Source: a virus (taxonomy: Duplodnaviria > Heunggongvirae > Uroviricota > Caudoviricetes). Taken from it: a stretch of DNA of 19,209 nt. A program made the translations under genes and the position numbers. Positions 8,481-16,053 of the stretch are shown piece after piece. The DNA is taken from IMG/VR virus record IMGVR_UViG_2684622670_000013, positions 1-19,209 of that record; one strand, given 5' to 3'. The notes under the pieces were generated by a model that did not search any database, was not told the origin of the DNA, and was given only the letters and a program-made list of their open reading frames with translations. Within the stretch, counting starts at the first letter, position 1; every line of letters begins with the position of its first letter.

Positions 8481-8759
8481 ATGAAAGCAATTGAACACTC
8501 TTACAAAGAGATGATGCACGCACGATTGGTTGCGAGTGGGTATACCCCAGAAGAAGCAGACAAACTCGTAAACCATGATGAAACAGACTTAGCCGCCGTG
8601 ATAAAGCTAAATTTGGCATATTCTCTATCCCTGTGTAGTTTAGAGAGCACACTCAGGTCCATTGTTGCGTCACCTAAATCAACCTCGGCAGACGCGGTAG
8701 AAGCGATGAAGTTGCTAGTAGAGCTATCAGCACGGCATGAGCACTTATTCAAGTCCTAA
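8481..8759 (+). CDS. Hypothetical small protein (92 aa)
   Basis: ORF with protein-like composition (EEADKLVNHDETDLAAVIK...) and a weak ribosome-binding site. Its 3' end overlaps, on the opposite strand, the 3' end of 8745..9161. Coding status uncertain. Confidence 0.4.
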   Translation: MKAIEHSYKEMMHARLVASGYTPEEADKLVNHDETDLAAVIKLNLAYSLSLCSLESTLRSIVASPKSTSADAVEAMKLLVELSARHEHLFKS

Positions 8760-9161
8760 CTTGTCATGGAGTATTTTTGCAAACAACTTCGTGGCAATCT
8801 GCTTTGCGGCCGCCATAGGGGCTTCTGAAAAATCTTTTTTAATTCTTTCTTGAATTGGATTTTGACTAAGAGCCATGGCAAAGTCATGACCTTCTGATGT
8901 GAGAACAATGTCACATTCACCACCATGAAGTATTCCGTCTCCGCTAAAGTAGATTCCGGTGATATCCTCAAAGGAAGAGTATTTCAACTCTCTATCTCTG
9001 ATAATCCCTTGGTCAACCAGTAGGGTCAGGTGAAAAATTAGCTTAGACAGATCTTCTTGGTTTTTTTCGTAGAAACCTAAATCTCTGATTGTTATGTATG
9101 GTTTATCGGAGGTTAAGAACGTCGACAACACTTCTTTCAGATAGTCATAATCAATTTTCAT
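8745..9161 (-). CDS. Hypothetical protein, 138 aa (possibly DUF2513-like winged-helix protein), last gene of the RHH operon
   Basis: GAAGGA ribosome-binding site. Starts 10 nt after the stop of the upstream RHH gene (9172..9408), implying co-transcription. The DUF2513 resemblance is recalled from the N-terminal pattern MKIDYDYLKEVL and is unverified. Confidence 0.62.
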   Translation of the reverse strand: MKIDYDYLKEVLSTFLTSDKPYITIRDLGFYEKNQEDLSKLIFHLTLLVDQGIIRDRELKYSSFEDITGIYFSGDGILHGGECDIVLTSEGHDFAMALSQNPIQERIKKDFSEAPMAAAKQIATKLFAKILHDKLGLE

Positions 9162-9171
9162 ACGTTGTCCT

Positions 9172-9408
9172 TCACTGTTTGTCCTTGCTGTACATTTTTG
9201 TTAAGGTCTCAAGAAGCGCCTCTTTGAACTTTTCAGCTTCACGAGAAGCGAATTCCTCTTTGCTACTCACATCGTTGGAAACAGCATCAAGGAGAATTTG
9301 AACAATTTCAGCATTCATAGATCTTCTGTTGTTCTTTGCACGCAACCTTATTTTCTCTTTTAACTCATTGGAAACGCGGATATTTATCTGCGGCTCTTCT
9401 CTAGACAT
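9172..9408 (-). CDS. mnt: Mnt-like ribbon-helix-helix repressor
   Basis: 78 aa. Its N-terminus INIRVSNELKEKIRLRAKNNRRSMNAEIVQIL parallels the P22 Mnt/Arc RHH motif (FNFRMP...AEANGRSMNSELLQIV), and the C-terminus LLETLTKMYSK resembles the Mnt C-terminal helix. GGAGG ribosome-binding site 5 nt upstream. Confidence 0.75.
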   Translation of the reverse strand: MSREEPQINIRVSNELKEKIRLRAKNNRRSMNAEIVQILLDAVSNDVSSKEEFASREAEKFKEALLETLTKMYSKDKQ

Positions 9409-9455
9409 GATGCCTCCGTGGTGTAACCGTAATGCAACCTCGTAATATCGTCTTC

Positions 9456-9698
9456 TTACTTGATGTTTACTTCCTTAATGGCTGCAACCTCTCTCTCAAG
9501 AGCTATTAATCTTTCGGTTAAGGAAGAAAGGCTAAGCGAGTGAACATTTTTATTTTCTTCTGCCCATGCACTTAGAGCTGCAACCATTTCTGCATTTAAA
9601 GATCTGCCATTCGCCTCAGCTAACGCGGTTAGGCGATCCTTTATCTCCACAGGAAGTCGAAGATTAACTTGTGGGTTCTTGTACCTGCGTTCAGACAT
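9456..9698 (-). CDS. Arc/Mnt-family ribbon-helix-helix DNA-binding protein (second paralog)
   Basis: 80 aa. VNLRLPVEIKDRLTALAEANGRSLNAEMVAAL matches the Arc-family RHH signature. First gene transcribed leftward from the divergent promoter region. Confidence 0.78.
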   Translation of the reverse strand: MSERRYKNPQVNLRLPVEIKDRLTALAEANGRSLNAEMVAALSAWAEENKNVHSLSLSSLTERLIALEREVAAIKEVNIK

Positions 9699-9803
9699 CA
9701 GCGTATCCTGAATAATTTTTTACCACAGGATATGTAGGTATCTATTGACTATCAATGCGTACCTAAATACTATGTATGCGTACCACATGCAGCGGAGGAT
9801 GCA
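9699..9803. promoter_or_regulatory. Divergent promoter/operator region (Pant-like rightward, Pmnt-like leftward)
   Basis: Candidate rightward promoter: -35 TTGACT (9745-9750), 17 bp spacer, -10 TACTAT (9768-9773), then GGAGG and ATG at 9804. A 13 bp palindrome ATTGA-cta-TCAAT (9744-9756) overlaps the -35. Direct repeats of GCGTACC (9758-9764 and 9778-9784) flank the -10. The repeats could be operator half-sites. Confidence 0.5.
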
Positions 9804-9944
9804 ATGAAGGTAAAAACACTGCGTATGCCAGAGAAGTTAGAAAAAATCCTTGAAGAGAAAGCAAAGGAAGAGTGTCGCTCATTTAGCGCAGAAGTAATTA
9901 AAAGGGTGTTGGACAGCTTGAAAAGAGAGGGGATAACAGTATGA
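9804..9944 (+). CDS. arc: Arc-like ribbon-helix-helix repressor (46 aa)
   Basis: Not in the ORF track (too short). The translation MKVKTLRMPEKLEKILEEKAKEECRSFSAEVIKRVLDSLKREGITV aligns position by position with P22 Arc (...FNLRWPREVLDLVRKVAEENGRSVNSEIYQRVMESFKKEGRIGA). GGAGG ribosome-binding site. Its stop overlaps the next gene's start (ATGA). Confidence 0.72.
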   Translation: MKVKTLRMPEKLEKILEEKAKEECRSFSAEVIKRVLDSLKREGITV

Positions 9945-10144
9945 GTAAAGAATGTTGTTTCTGCGGCATTAGCGAATCAGACGCTGATCAAACATACATT
10001 TACTCTAAAGAAACAGGTCGGATGCTGTGTAGTGACTGCGTGTTGGACATCATAAGATACAAGCATCTTGGATGTTCTGCCAGCATTAGCAATATAGGTG
10101 AAGTATACGAAGGGAAAGATATAACTGATAGAGCAGAAAGTTGA
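9941..10144 (+). CDS. Small zinc-finger protein, ClpX N-terminal C4-type-like (67 aa)
   Basis: CCFCGISE...(17 aa)...CSDCVLDIIR has the CxxC...CxxC spacing and flanking residues of the ClpX-type zinc-binding domain (CSFCGK...CDEC in ClpX). Translationally coupled to the arc-like gene and upstream of the antirepressor. Confidence 0.6.
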   Translation: MSKECCFCGISESDADQTYIYSKETGRMLCSDCVLDIIRYKHLGCSASISNIGEVYEGKDITDRAES

Positions 10145-10207
10145 AGCCCCAACTGCTGTAACAGTCAGGGCTTCGGTATCGTAAAACCACGCATAGGAAT
10201 TAACGAC

Positions 10208-11067
10208 ATGAAAAGTATAGCAACAGCGGTATCTACTATCAACGTGCCATTCCACGGCGCAGAGCTTTATGTTGTCAATCACAACGGCGAACCGTACACC
10301 CCAATGAAACCTATCGTTGAGGGAATGGGCTAGACTGGAAATCTCAACATAAGAAGATTTCTCAACGCTTCTCGAAGGGTATGGTGGAAATCACCATACC
10401 TTCTGCCGGTGGGGTGCAAGCCATGATTTGTATGGCTTTGCGAAAATTGGCAGCTTGGTTGAACAGCATCAGTCCTAACAAAGTCCGCCCTGAAATCCGC
10501 GACAAGGTAATCCAGTATCAGGAAGAGTGTGACGATGTGCTCTACGAGTACTGGACTAAAGGCCATGTGGTTAACCCGCGCAAAGCTAAAAAGACGTTGC
10601 CGGGAAAAATCACCACTGAACAGCAGGAAGCCATTAAACAACTCGTCATGAGTCGCGGTCAGTCTCTGCCAAAAGAAAAACAGGCGAAGGCGATGATCAC
10701 CATGTGGTCGTCACTGAAATCCCATTTTGGATGTTCGTACAAAGAAATCAGTGAGGAGCAGTTTACCGAAGCACTATCACTTGCGGCTCGTATTCCACTT
10801 GAAGGCGAATTCATCGGCAAGTCGGAACATAATGAGATGAGTTGTTTTGATTGGAGGATGAATGTTCATAACCTGAACTCGGCGTGCATTCACCTGGATG
10901 CCATGTACAGAATATGGAGAGACGAAATGGAACCCGCTTTACGATTGCTTGGCTCTCCGGTTGCGGCAAGATTTTACGGAAGAATTGCAGATTGCTATTC
11001 CGTAACTGCAAGCGTTAAGAAAAGTCTGGAGGATGCCGCAGGGCTGAAAGGCTTACAACCATTTTAA
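10208..11067 (+). pseudogene. ant: Phage antirepressor (P22 Ant-type, AR N-terminal domain), apparently disrupted by a 1-nt frameshift near 10327-10330
   Basis: ATG at 10208 encodes MKSIATAVSTINVPFHGAELYVVNHNGEPYTPMKPIVEGMG, then stops at 10331-10333. The next frame continues ...LDWKSQHKKISQRFSKGMVEITIPSAGG... to 11067. Joined, the sequence reads ...KPIVEGMGLDWKSQ..., which is the conserved core of the antirepressor N-terminal domain. The break lies in a GGG run. Confidence 0.62.
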
Positions 11068-11070
11068 CTA

Positions 11071-11089
11071 CCTGCACGAAAAGTGCAGG
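11071..11089 (+). other. Hairpin CCTGCAC-gaaaa-GTGCAGG immediately after the antirepressor stop
   Basis: Perfect 7 bp stem with a 5 nt loop; no following U-run. Forms a tandem pair with the downstream terminator. Confidence 0.4.
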
Positions 11090-11107
11090 TCAATAACCAA
11101 CGCAACG

Positions 11108-11133
11108 ACCCAGCTTCGGCTGGGTTTTTGTTT
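11108..11133 (+). terminator. Rho-independent terminator (ACCCAGC-ttcg-GCTGGGT followed by TTTTGTTT)
   Basis: GC-rich 7 bp stem, TTCG tetraloop, T-rich tract. Lies 40 nt after the antirepressor stop and 12 nt before the ATG at 11146. Confidence 0.72.
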
Positions 11134-11145
11134 AATGGAGAGTAG

Positions 11146-11961
11146 ATGGGCATAATCGATTTAAACACAGCAGACATATTCAATGCTATCGGTGGTGGCT
11201 CTCCGCTTTCGATCATCGACAGCGTTCTGCATCCCCAGTATGTGATTCGTGACAGGGAAACTGGCGAGGTTGCTCTTGAGTTCAGTGGTATGGCATCCGT
11301 ACAGCCAAGTGGAAGGGCGCAAATAACAAACGCTCCGGTGGAGAAAGGGAAATACCAGTCCATCAACAAAGTTAAAGAACCAGCCAGAGTAAGATGCGCA
11401 ATCATCGTAAATGGTCTTACTGGTTTTTCCGGCAATATCCCGAATATTTTCGATCTCACATTCACAAGCCAGAACAGCACGCTGAACACAATCAAAACGA
11501 TGCTGTCCTCTGCAAAAACATACGATATTGAAACGCCAAAGGAAACTCTGGAGAGTTTCGACCTTGTTGACCACTATTACGAAGTTAACTCTCAAAAAGG
11601 GGTGACTCTTCTGACGGTTTATCTTGATTTTCAGGAGGTCATTCAGCAAATGGAGGTTATCCTCTCTAGCTCTCAGTCAGAACAGAAGCCAACGGATAAC
11701 AATAAGTCACAGGGAGATGTAGGAGTTGATCCGCAAATAACCAATGGCGGAGCCAGGGAATCTACTGTCGATGAGCTAAGTGAGTCATGGTCATCACTGA
11801 AGTCATCTGTTGGCGACATCACTGGAAAAATCTCTGACACAATCAAGACTGAATTCCAGAGTGCTCTTGATACGGTGTCCAAACCAATACTCGAAGTTAC
11901 AAACAGCGCAACAAAAAAAGCGGCAGATATTGCAAAAAATATAGTTAAGGCGAGCACATGA
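11146..11961 (+). CDS. Phage tail/baseplate-associated protein, function unknown
   Basis: 271 aa; first gene of the resumed plus-strand late operon. Its stop overlaps the next gene's start. Low-complexity Ser/Thr-rich C-terminus. Confidence 0.6.
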   Translation: MGIIDLNTADIFNAIGGGSPLSIIDSVLHPQYVIRDRETGEVALEFSGMASVQPSGRAQITNAPVEKGKYQSINKVKEPARVRCAIIVNGLTGFSGNIPNIFDLTFTSQNSTLNTIKTMLSSAKTYDIETPKETLESFDLVDHYYEVNSQKGVTLLTVYLDFQEVIQQMEVILSSSQSEQKPTDNNKSQGDVGVDPQITNGGARESTVDELSESWSSLKSSVGDITGKISDTIKTEFQSALDTVSKPILEVTNSATKKAADIAKNIVKAST

Positions 11962-12260
11962 TTACAGTATCTGTTCTTCCCAGCAAATCTCAGTCCATTT
12001 CGGTAAGTCTGGCTGGTCAGCAATGTAATATAAAACTTGTTCAGCGACAGAGTTTTATGTACATGGATTTAACTGTTAATGAAGTCCCAATTATGCAGGG
12101 CGTTCCATGTCTGTATGGGAATAAGATGGTAAGATATTCCTACCTTGGATTTAAGGGAGACCTTATTTTCATTGATAATGATGGGGAATCGGATCCGCAA
12201 TGGGAAGGCTTGGGTAGCCGTTACTTGCTGTATTACATCGAGGAAAACGAGCTTGTATAA
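11958..12260 (+). CDS. Small phage baseplate/tail protein (100 aa), function unknown
   Basis: ORF coupled (ATGA) to the upstream gene; operon context. Confidence 0.55.
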   Translation: MITVSVLPSKSQSISVSLAGQQCNIKLVQRQSFMYMDLTVNEVPIMQGVPCLYGNKMVRYSYLGFKGDLIFIDNDGESDPQWEGLGSRYLLYYIEENELV

Positions 12261-13134
12261 AAATCACAGTCTTCGGTTTGACTTCACGAATGAATCATCA
12301 GCATTTGATAAAAATGGAAACAATAAAATCTCCATCAGAAATGTTAAGTCAACAGTATCCCTGAACTTTGTTACCGGTCGGGGAGGTGCTCAGGCTGATA
12401 TATCTCTTTACGGGTTAGGAATTGAAAGACTTGCTGATATATCAGGGAAGGCTGATGGTATTGTTGGGGAAGGTCAGAAGTTAAATGTTGAGGTATTTGC
12501 TGATGATTCTCTTGTTTTCTCCGGCACGATGCTTTCATCAATAGCAAACATGAATTCTGCTCCTGAAAGCAGTCTGATGATAACAGCCTCTTCTAATGTT
12601 GATTTACAGAACATGCCAGCAAGCCCGTTTACAGCGCAGGGTGCGCAAAGTGTTGAAGATGTCATCTCATCCATTTGTGCAAGTGCAGGTTATGAGGCTG
12701 TGTTTAATAATGTAAAAGGGATGACAACATCAGGAAGTCCGCATTTTGAAGGAAGTGTTTTTGAGCAACTTTATAGGGTCTGTTCAGATTATGGACTGGC
12801 GATGTCAGCCACGCCACCGACAAAAGTAGAGTTCTGGCCTTCAGAAAAAAACAGAGACGATGTAATTCCGTTTATATCCAGAGAATACGGACTTGTTGGA
12901 TATCCTGTATTTTCAAATGGGGGACTGATGTTTCAGACGCAACATTCATCTCTCCTTTGCATTGGAAGATATGTGGATATCAAAACAGAACTACCACATG
13001 CAAGCGGAAGGTATAAGTTAACCTCCGTTCGGCATGAATTATCATCATGGATGCCAAATGGTTCATGGCACTCAATATGTATTGCCGCCAGAACAGCAGA
13101 ACAAAGAGCAGAGGCGCAACAGAATAATGGATAA
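12253..13134 (+). CDS. Baseplate protein (possibly hub-like); start uncertain (TTG 12253, or ATG 12145/12181 overlapping upstream gene)
   Basis: The frame is open from at least 12145, but that start would overlap the previous gene by 116 nt. TTG at 12253 has a GAGG about 10 nt upstream. Ends at 13132-13134, overlapping the next start. Confidence 0.5.
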   Translation: MYKNHSLRFDFTNESSAFDKNGNNKISIRNVKSTVSLNFVTGRGGAQADISLYGLGIERLADISGKADGIVGEGQKLNVEVFADDSLVFSGTMLSSIANMNSAPESSLMITASSNVDLQNMPASPFTAQGAQSVEDVISSICASAGYEAVFNNVKGMTTSGSPHFEGSVFEQLYRVCSDYGLAMSATPPTKVEFWPSEKNRDDVIPFISREYGLVGYPVFSNGGLMFQTQHSSLLCIGRYVDIKTELPHASGRYKLTSVRHELSSWMPNGSWHSICIAARTAEQRAEAQQNNG

Positions 13135-13819
13135 GCAACTATTTACTCCAACGCCTGCTCAGGTAAGTGAGGCTCAATCTCAGGAATATATTTTTGAGAT
13201 GCTGATGTCTGGATATTTCTTCATTGAGTTAGCGAGAGTTCAGGAAGTCAGGGGGGAAGCACCGGATTTAGTTGTTGACGCTCTTCCTTTACTAACCAGA
13301 ACAGACCGTACAGGAAAAATGATTTCTAACTCGGTTTTATATGATCTTCCAGTATGGCGGTTGCAGAGAGGAAACAGCGCTGTAATTATGGACCCTGTGG
13401 CGGGTGATATTGGTCTGATTGCGGTCTGCGACAAAGACACATCACTGGTAAGAAAAAATCGTAAAGAATCAGTACCTGGAAGCAAAAGGCGACACAGTAA
13501 ATCTGATGCAATTTATCTTGGTGGGGTATTAAATATTGCACCTGCTCAATTCATTGAATTTGCTGATGGTGCAATAAACATAACCACGCCTAACCCACTA
13601 AATATTAAATGTTCATCGTTAAATATTGATGCTCCTGATGGAGTCAACATGAATACTCCTTTACTTAAAGTTAGCGGTGATATTCAGGATAACGCAAGTT
13701 CACAGTCATCTACTGTTAAAAATTTAAGGGACAATTATAACAATCACAAACATTCTGTTTCAGGTGTACAAAGTGGTGGGGCAACAATAAATTCCAATGC
13801 AACGGATAAACCGACATGA
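13127..13819 (+). CDS. Baseplate spike / assembly protein (gpV / Mu gp45-like)
   Basis: I prefer the ATG at 13127 (MDKQLF...) over the ORF-track start at 13034. About 230 aa, with a PVAGDIGLIAVCDKD segment resembling the gpV OB-fold region, followed by a Ser/Asn-rich C-terminus. Position fits V-W-J-I order. Confidence 0.55.
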   Translation: MDKQLFTPTPAQVSEAQSQEYIFEMLMSGYFFIELARVQEVRGEAPDLVVDALPLLTRTDRTGKMISNSVLYDLPVWRLQRGNSAVIMDPVAGDIGLIAVCDKDTSLVRKNRKESVPGSKRRHSKSDAIYLGGVLNIAPAQFIEFADGAINITTPNPLNIKCSSLNIDAPDGVNMNTPLLKVSGDIQDNASSQSSTVKNLRDNYNNHKHSVSGVQSGGATINSNATDKPT

Positions 13820-14175
13820 CATACAGAACTATGCAACTGGACACTTCTACGTGGGACTTGACGCTTGACGGAAATGGCAATCTGGCGATCGCAGAAGAAT
13901 CATATTCTGTTGCTCAGGATGTCGCCAGTGCGTGCCTGGTGTTTTCTGGAGAGTGTTATTACGACAATACGCTTGGGATTCCATGGAAGGCAGAAGTTCT
14001 TGGCAGGCGACCATCTCCTGGTTTTATTGCTCAGAAAATGCAGGCTGAAGCACTCAAATTACCCGTCGTTGAGGATGCTCTGGCATCAGTTTTCTTTGAC
14101 AAGAATACACGTACAACTCGCGGCACAATCCGCGTTACAGATATCAATGGTAATATTGCACAGGCCACCTTATGA
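13816..14175 (+). CDS. Baseplate wedge protein (gpW / gp25-like, Mu gp46-like)
   Basis: 119 aa, ATGA-coupled on both sides, located between the V-like and J-like genes. Confidence 0.62.
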   Translation: MTYRTMQLDTSTWDLTLDGNGNLAIAEESYSVAQDVASACLVFSGECYYDNTLGIPWKAEVLGRRPSPGFIAQKMQAEALKLPVVEDALASVFFDKNTRTTRGTIRVTDINGNIAQATL

Positions 14176-15401
14176 CGATATTAAATACGGCTGTTCCTGA
14201 TGTAACCATCACTGAAAACGGTCTTTCAGTTCCCGACATAGCGGATGTGCTGGCGGGAAGACTTACAGACATGTCAACGGTTCTTGGCGGTGGCGCAAGT
14301 CAGTCACTGAGTTCACCGCAAGGTCAGATCGCACAGTCTGACACTGAAATCATTGCTCAGGTATACGACAAGCTTCTTTGTTTGTTTAATCAAATAAACC
14401 CTGACTTCTCAACCGGTAGATTCCAGGACGGGATTGGTCGGATTTACTTTATGGAACGGATCGCTGCTCAGGGGACAGTTGTTACAGCAACATGCATTGG
14501 TCAGGTTGGAACAACAATACCTGCAGGGAGTACCGCTGTGGATACGAGCGGGTATATATATCAGTCAATTGATAATGCTGTAATACCCTCATCAGGCTCT
14601 GTTGATGTGCAGTTTGTCAACACAACAACCGGGCCGATTCCGTGTGCCGCAGGTTCACTGAACCAGATTTATCGAGCCGTTTCCGGGTGGGATGCTGTAA
14701 ATAATACTAGCCCTGGAGTCGTTGGTGTTGATGTTGAATCACGGATCGCCTTTGAAACTCGCCGGAGACAATCAGTTGCCAGAAACAGTCGAAATCAGGA
14801 CGCATCTACATTAGCCGCGTTACTTGCGACTGATGGTGTGCTTGATGCTTACGTATGGTCAAACAGAACTGCAGAAACAGTAAATAAAGGAACAACGAAT
14901 TTCCCTATTCTGGCGCATTCTGTTTATATTTGTGTTTATGGTGGTGCTGATGAGGATGTTGCTGAGTCAATATTCAATACTTATAATCCTGGTGCCAATA
15001 TGAATGGTGATACAACGTTCACTGTTTACGACAACGTTAATTACATGCCTCCATATCCATCATATGTGATGCAATGGCAAAAAGCATCGCCGACGCGAGT
15101 TTACTTTAAGGTTAATATTGATTCATCTCTAAATCCTCCAAGTGACATATCTAAGCAAGTAAAGGGAATAATATCCACAGTGTTCAATGGTGGGTATGAT
15201 GGTATTGGAAAGGCGCGTATTGGATCAACAATAAATGCTGGTAAATATTATTCACCAGTTATTTCAATCAGCCCCGATACAGTAGGTATTTTGTCTCTTG
15301 AAGTGTCTCTGGATGGTTCTCTATACGGTCCGGCTGTTACTATGGGTATAGATCAAGTTCCAACCATTCAGGAATCAGATATAACTGTTACTTTATCGTA
15401 A
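14172..15401 (+). CDS. Baseplate J-like protein (gpJ / Mu gp47 family)
   Basis: 409 aa; size and position match baseplate J proteins. Followed by a gp48/I-like gene and the tail fibre gene. Confidence 0.75.
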   Translation: MTILNTAVPDVTITENGLSVPDIADVLAGRLTDMSTVLGGGASQSLSSPQGQIAQSDTEIIAQVYDKLLCLFNQINPDFSTGRFQDGIGRIYFMERIAAQGTVVTATCIGQVGTTIPAGSTAVDTSGYIYQSIDNAVIPSSGSVDVQFVNTTTGPIPCAAGSLNQIYRAVSGWDAVNNTSPGVVGVDVESRIAFETRRRQSVARNSRNQDASTLAALLATDGVLDAYVWSNRTAETVNKGTTNFPILAHSVYICVYGGADEDVAESIFNTYNPGANMNGDTTFTVYDNVNYMPPYPSYVMQWQKASPTRVYFKVNIDSSLNPPSDISKQVKGIISTVFNGGYDGIGKARIGSTINAGKYYSPVISISPDTVGILSLEVSLDGSLYGPAVTMGIDQVPTIQESDITVTLS

Positions 15402-15412
15402 GAGAGGGCTGT

Positions 15413-16051
15413 ATGTGGGAAGACACAATTCTTACCCAATACTCAGCAAGCAAAAAATTGCTATCTATCATTGATACTTTTGATCAGGCAGTTAACCTTG
15501 ATGATTTCACTGATGAGTTTATTACAAAAGTATGGGATTTGACCACATGTGAAACATTCGGACTAGATATGTGGGGTAAAATAGTTGGAATAAGTCGTTA
15601 TATTAATGCTCCAATAGAAACCAGTTCTTTCGGATTCAGTGAGGCTAATAGTGCGGACATAAATTACCCAACACCTTTCAATGGAGATCCATTTTTTGGT
15701 GGGATACAGGAAACAACGAATGTTAGGCTGAGTGATGATGCTTACAGAACTCTTATATTTTGCAAAGCGTTCACAAACATTAGTATTGCTACAATTCCAG
15801 AAATCAACCGGTTTCTAAAGATATTGTTTTATCAAAGAGGAAGAGCATACTGTGTAAATTATCGTGATATGACAGTAGGAATAACATTCGAGTTTGAACT
15901 TGCACCATACGAAGAATCTATTCTTACGAATTATGATGTAACACCTGTTCCGAGTGGTGTGCTCGTAGGAATAAACCAAGTGGTAAGTCCTTACTTTGGA
16001 TTTTCATCAGATGCTTATCCGTTTAATGATGGTACATTTTACAGAGATTAA
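15413..16051 (+). CDS. Tail protein, gpI / Mu gp48-like (DUF2313, YmfQ-like)
   Basis: 212 aa, GAGGG ribosome-binding site, immediately upstream of the tail fibre gene. Resembles e14 YmfQ-type proteins (from memory). Confidence 0.68.
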   Translation: MWEDTILTQYSASKKLLSIIDTFDQAVNLDDFTDEFITKVWDLTTCETFGLDMWGKIVGISRYINAPIETSSFGFSEANSADINYPTPFNGDPFFGGIQETTNVRLSDDAYRTLIFCKAFTNISIATIPEINRFLKILFYQRGRAYCVNYRDMTVGITFEFELAPYEESILTNYDVTPVPSGVLVGINQVVSPYFGFSSDAYPFNDGTFYRD

Positions 16052-16053
16052 AT

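Noticed and set aside
8501-8752. Minus-strand 83 aa ORF opposite 8481..8759
   Set aside because: Ser/Ala-rich low-complexity translation; the plus-strand ORF looks more protein-like. Neither is certain.
13034-13126. Extended N-terminus of the spike-like protein (MNYHHGCQMVHG...)
   Set aside because: Overlaps the end of the upstream gene by about 100 nt; the ATG at 13127 gives typical ATGGATAA stop-start coupling.
13865-14200. Alternative-frame ORFs inside tail genes (13865..14200, also 16913..17128, 12474..12674, 11161..11649, 11673..12023)
   Set aside because: Embedded in, or antisense to, longer genes with consistent operon structure; no independent translation signals.
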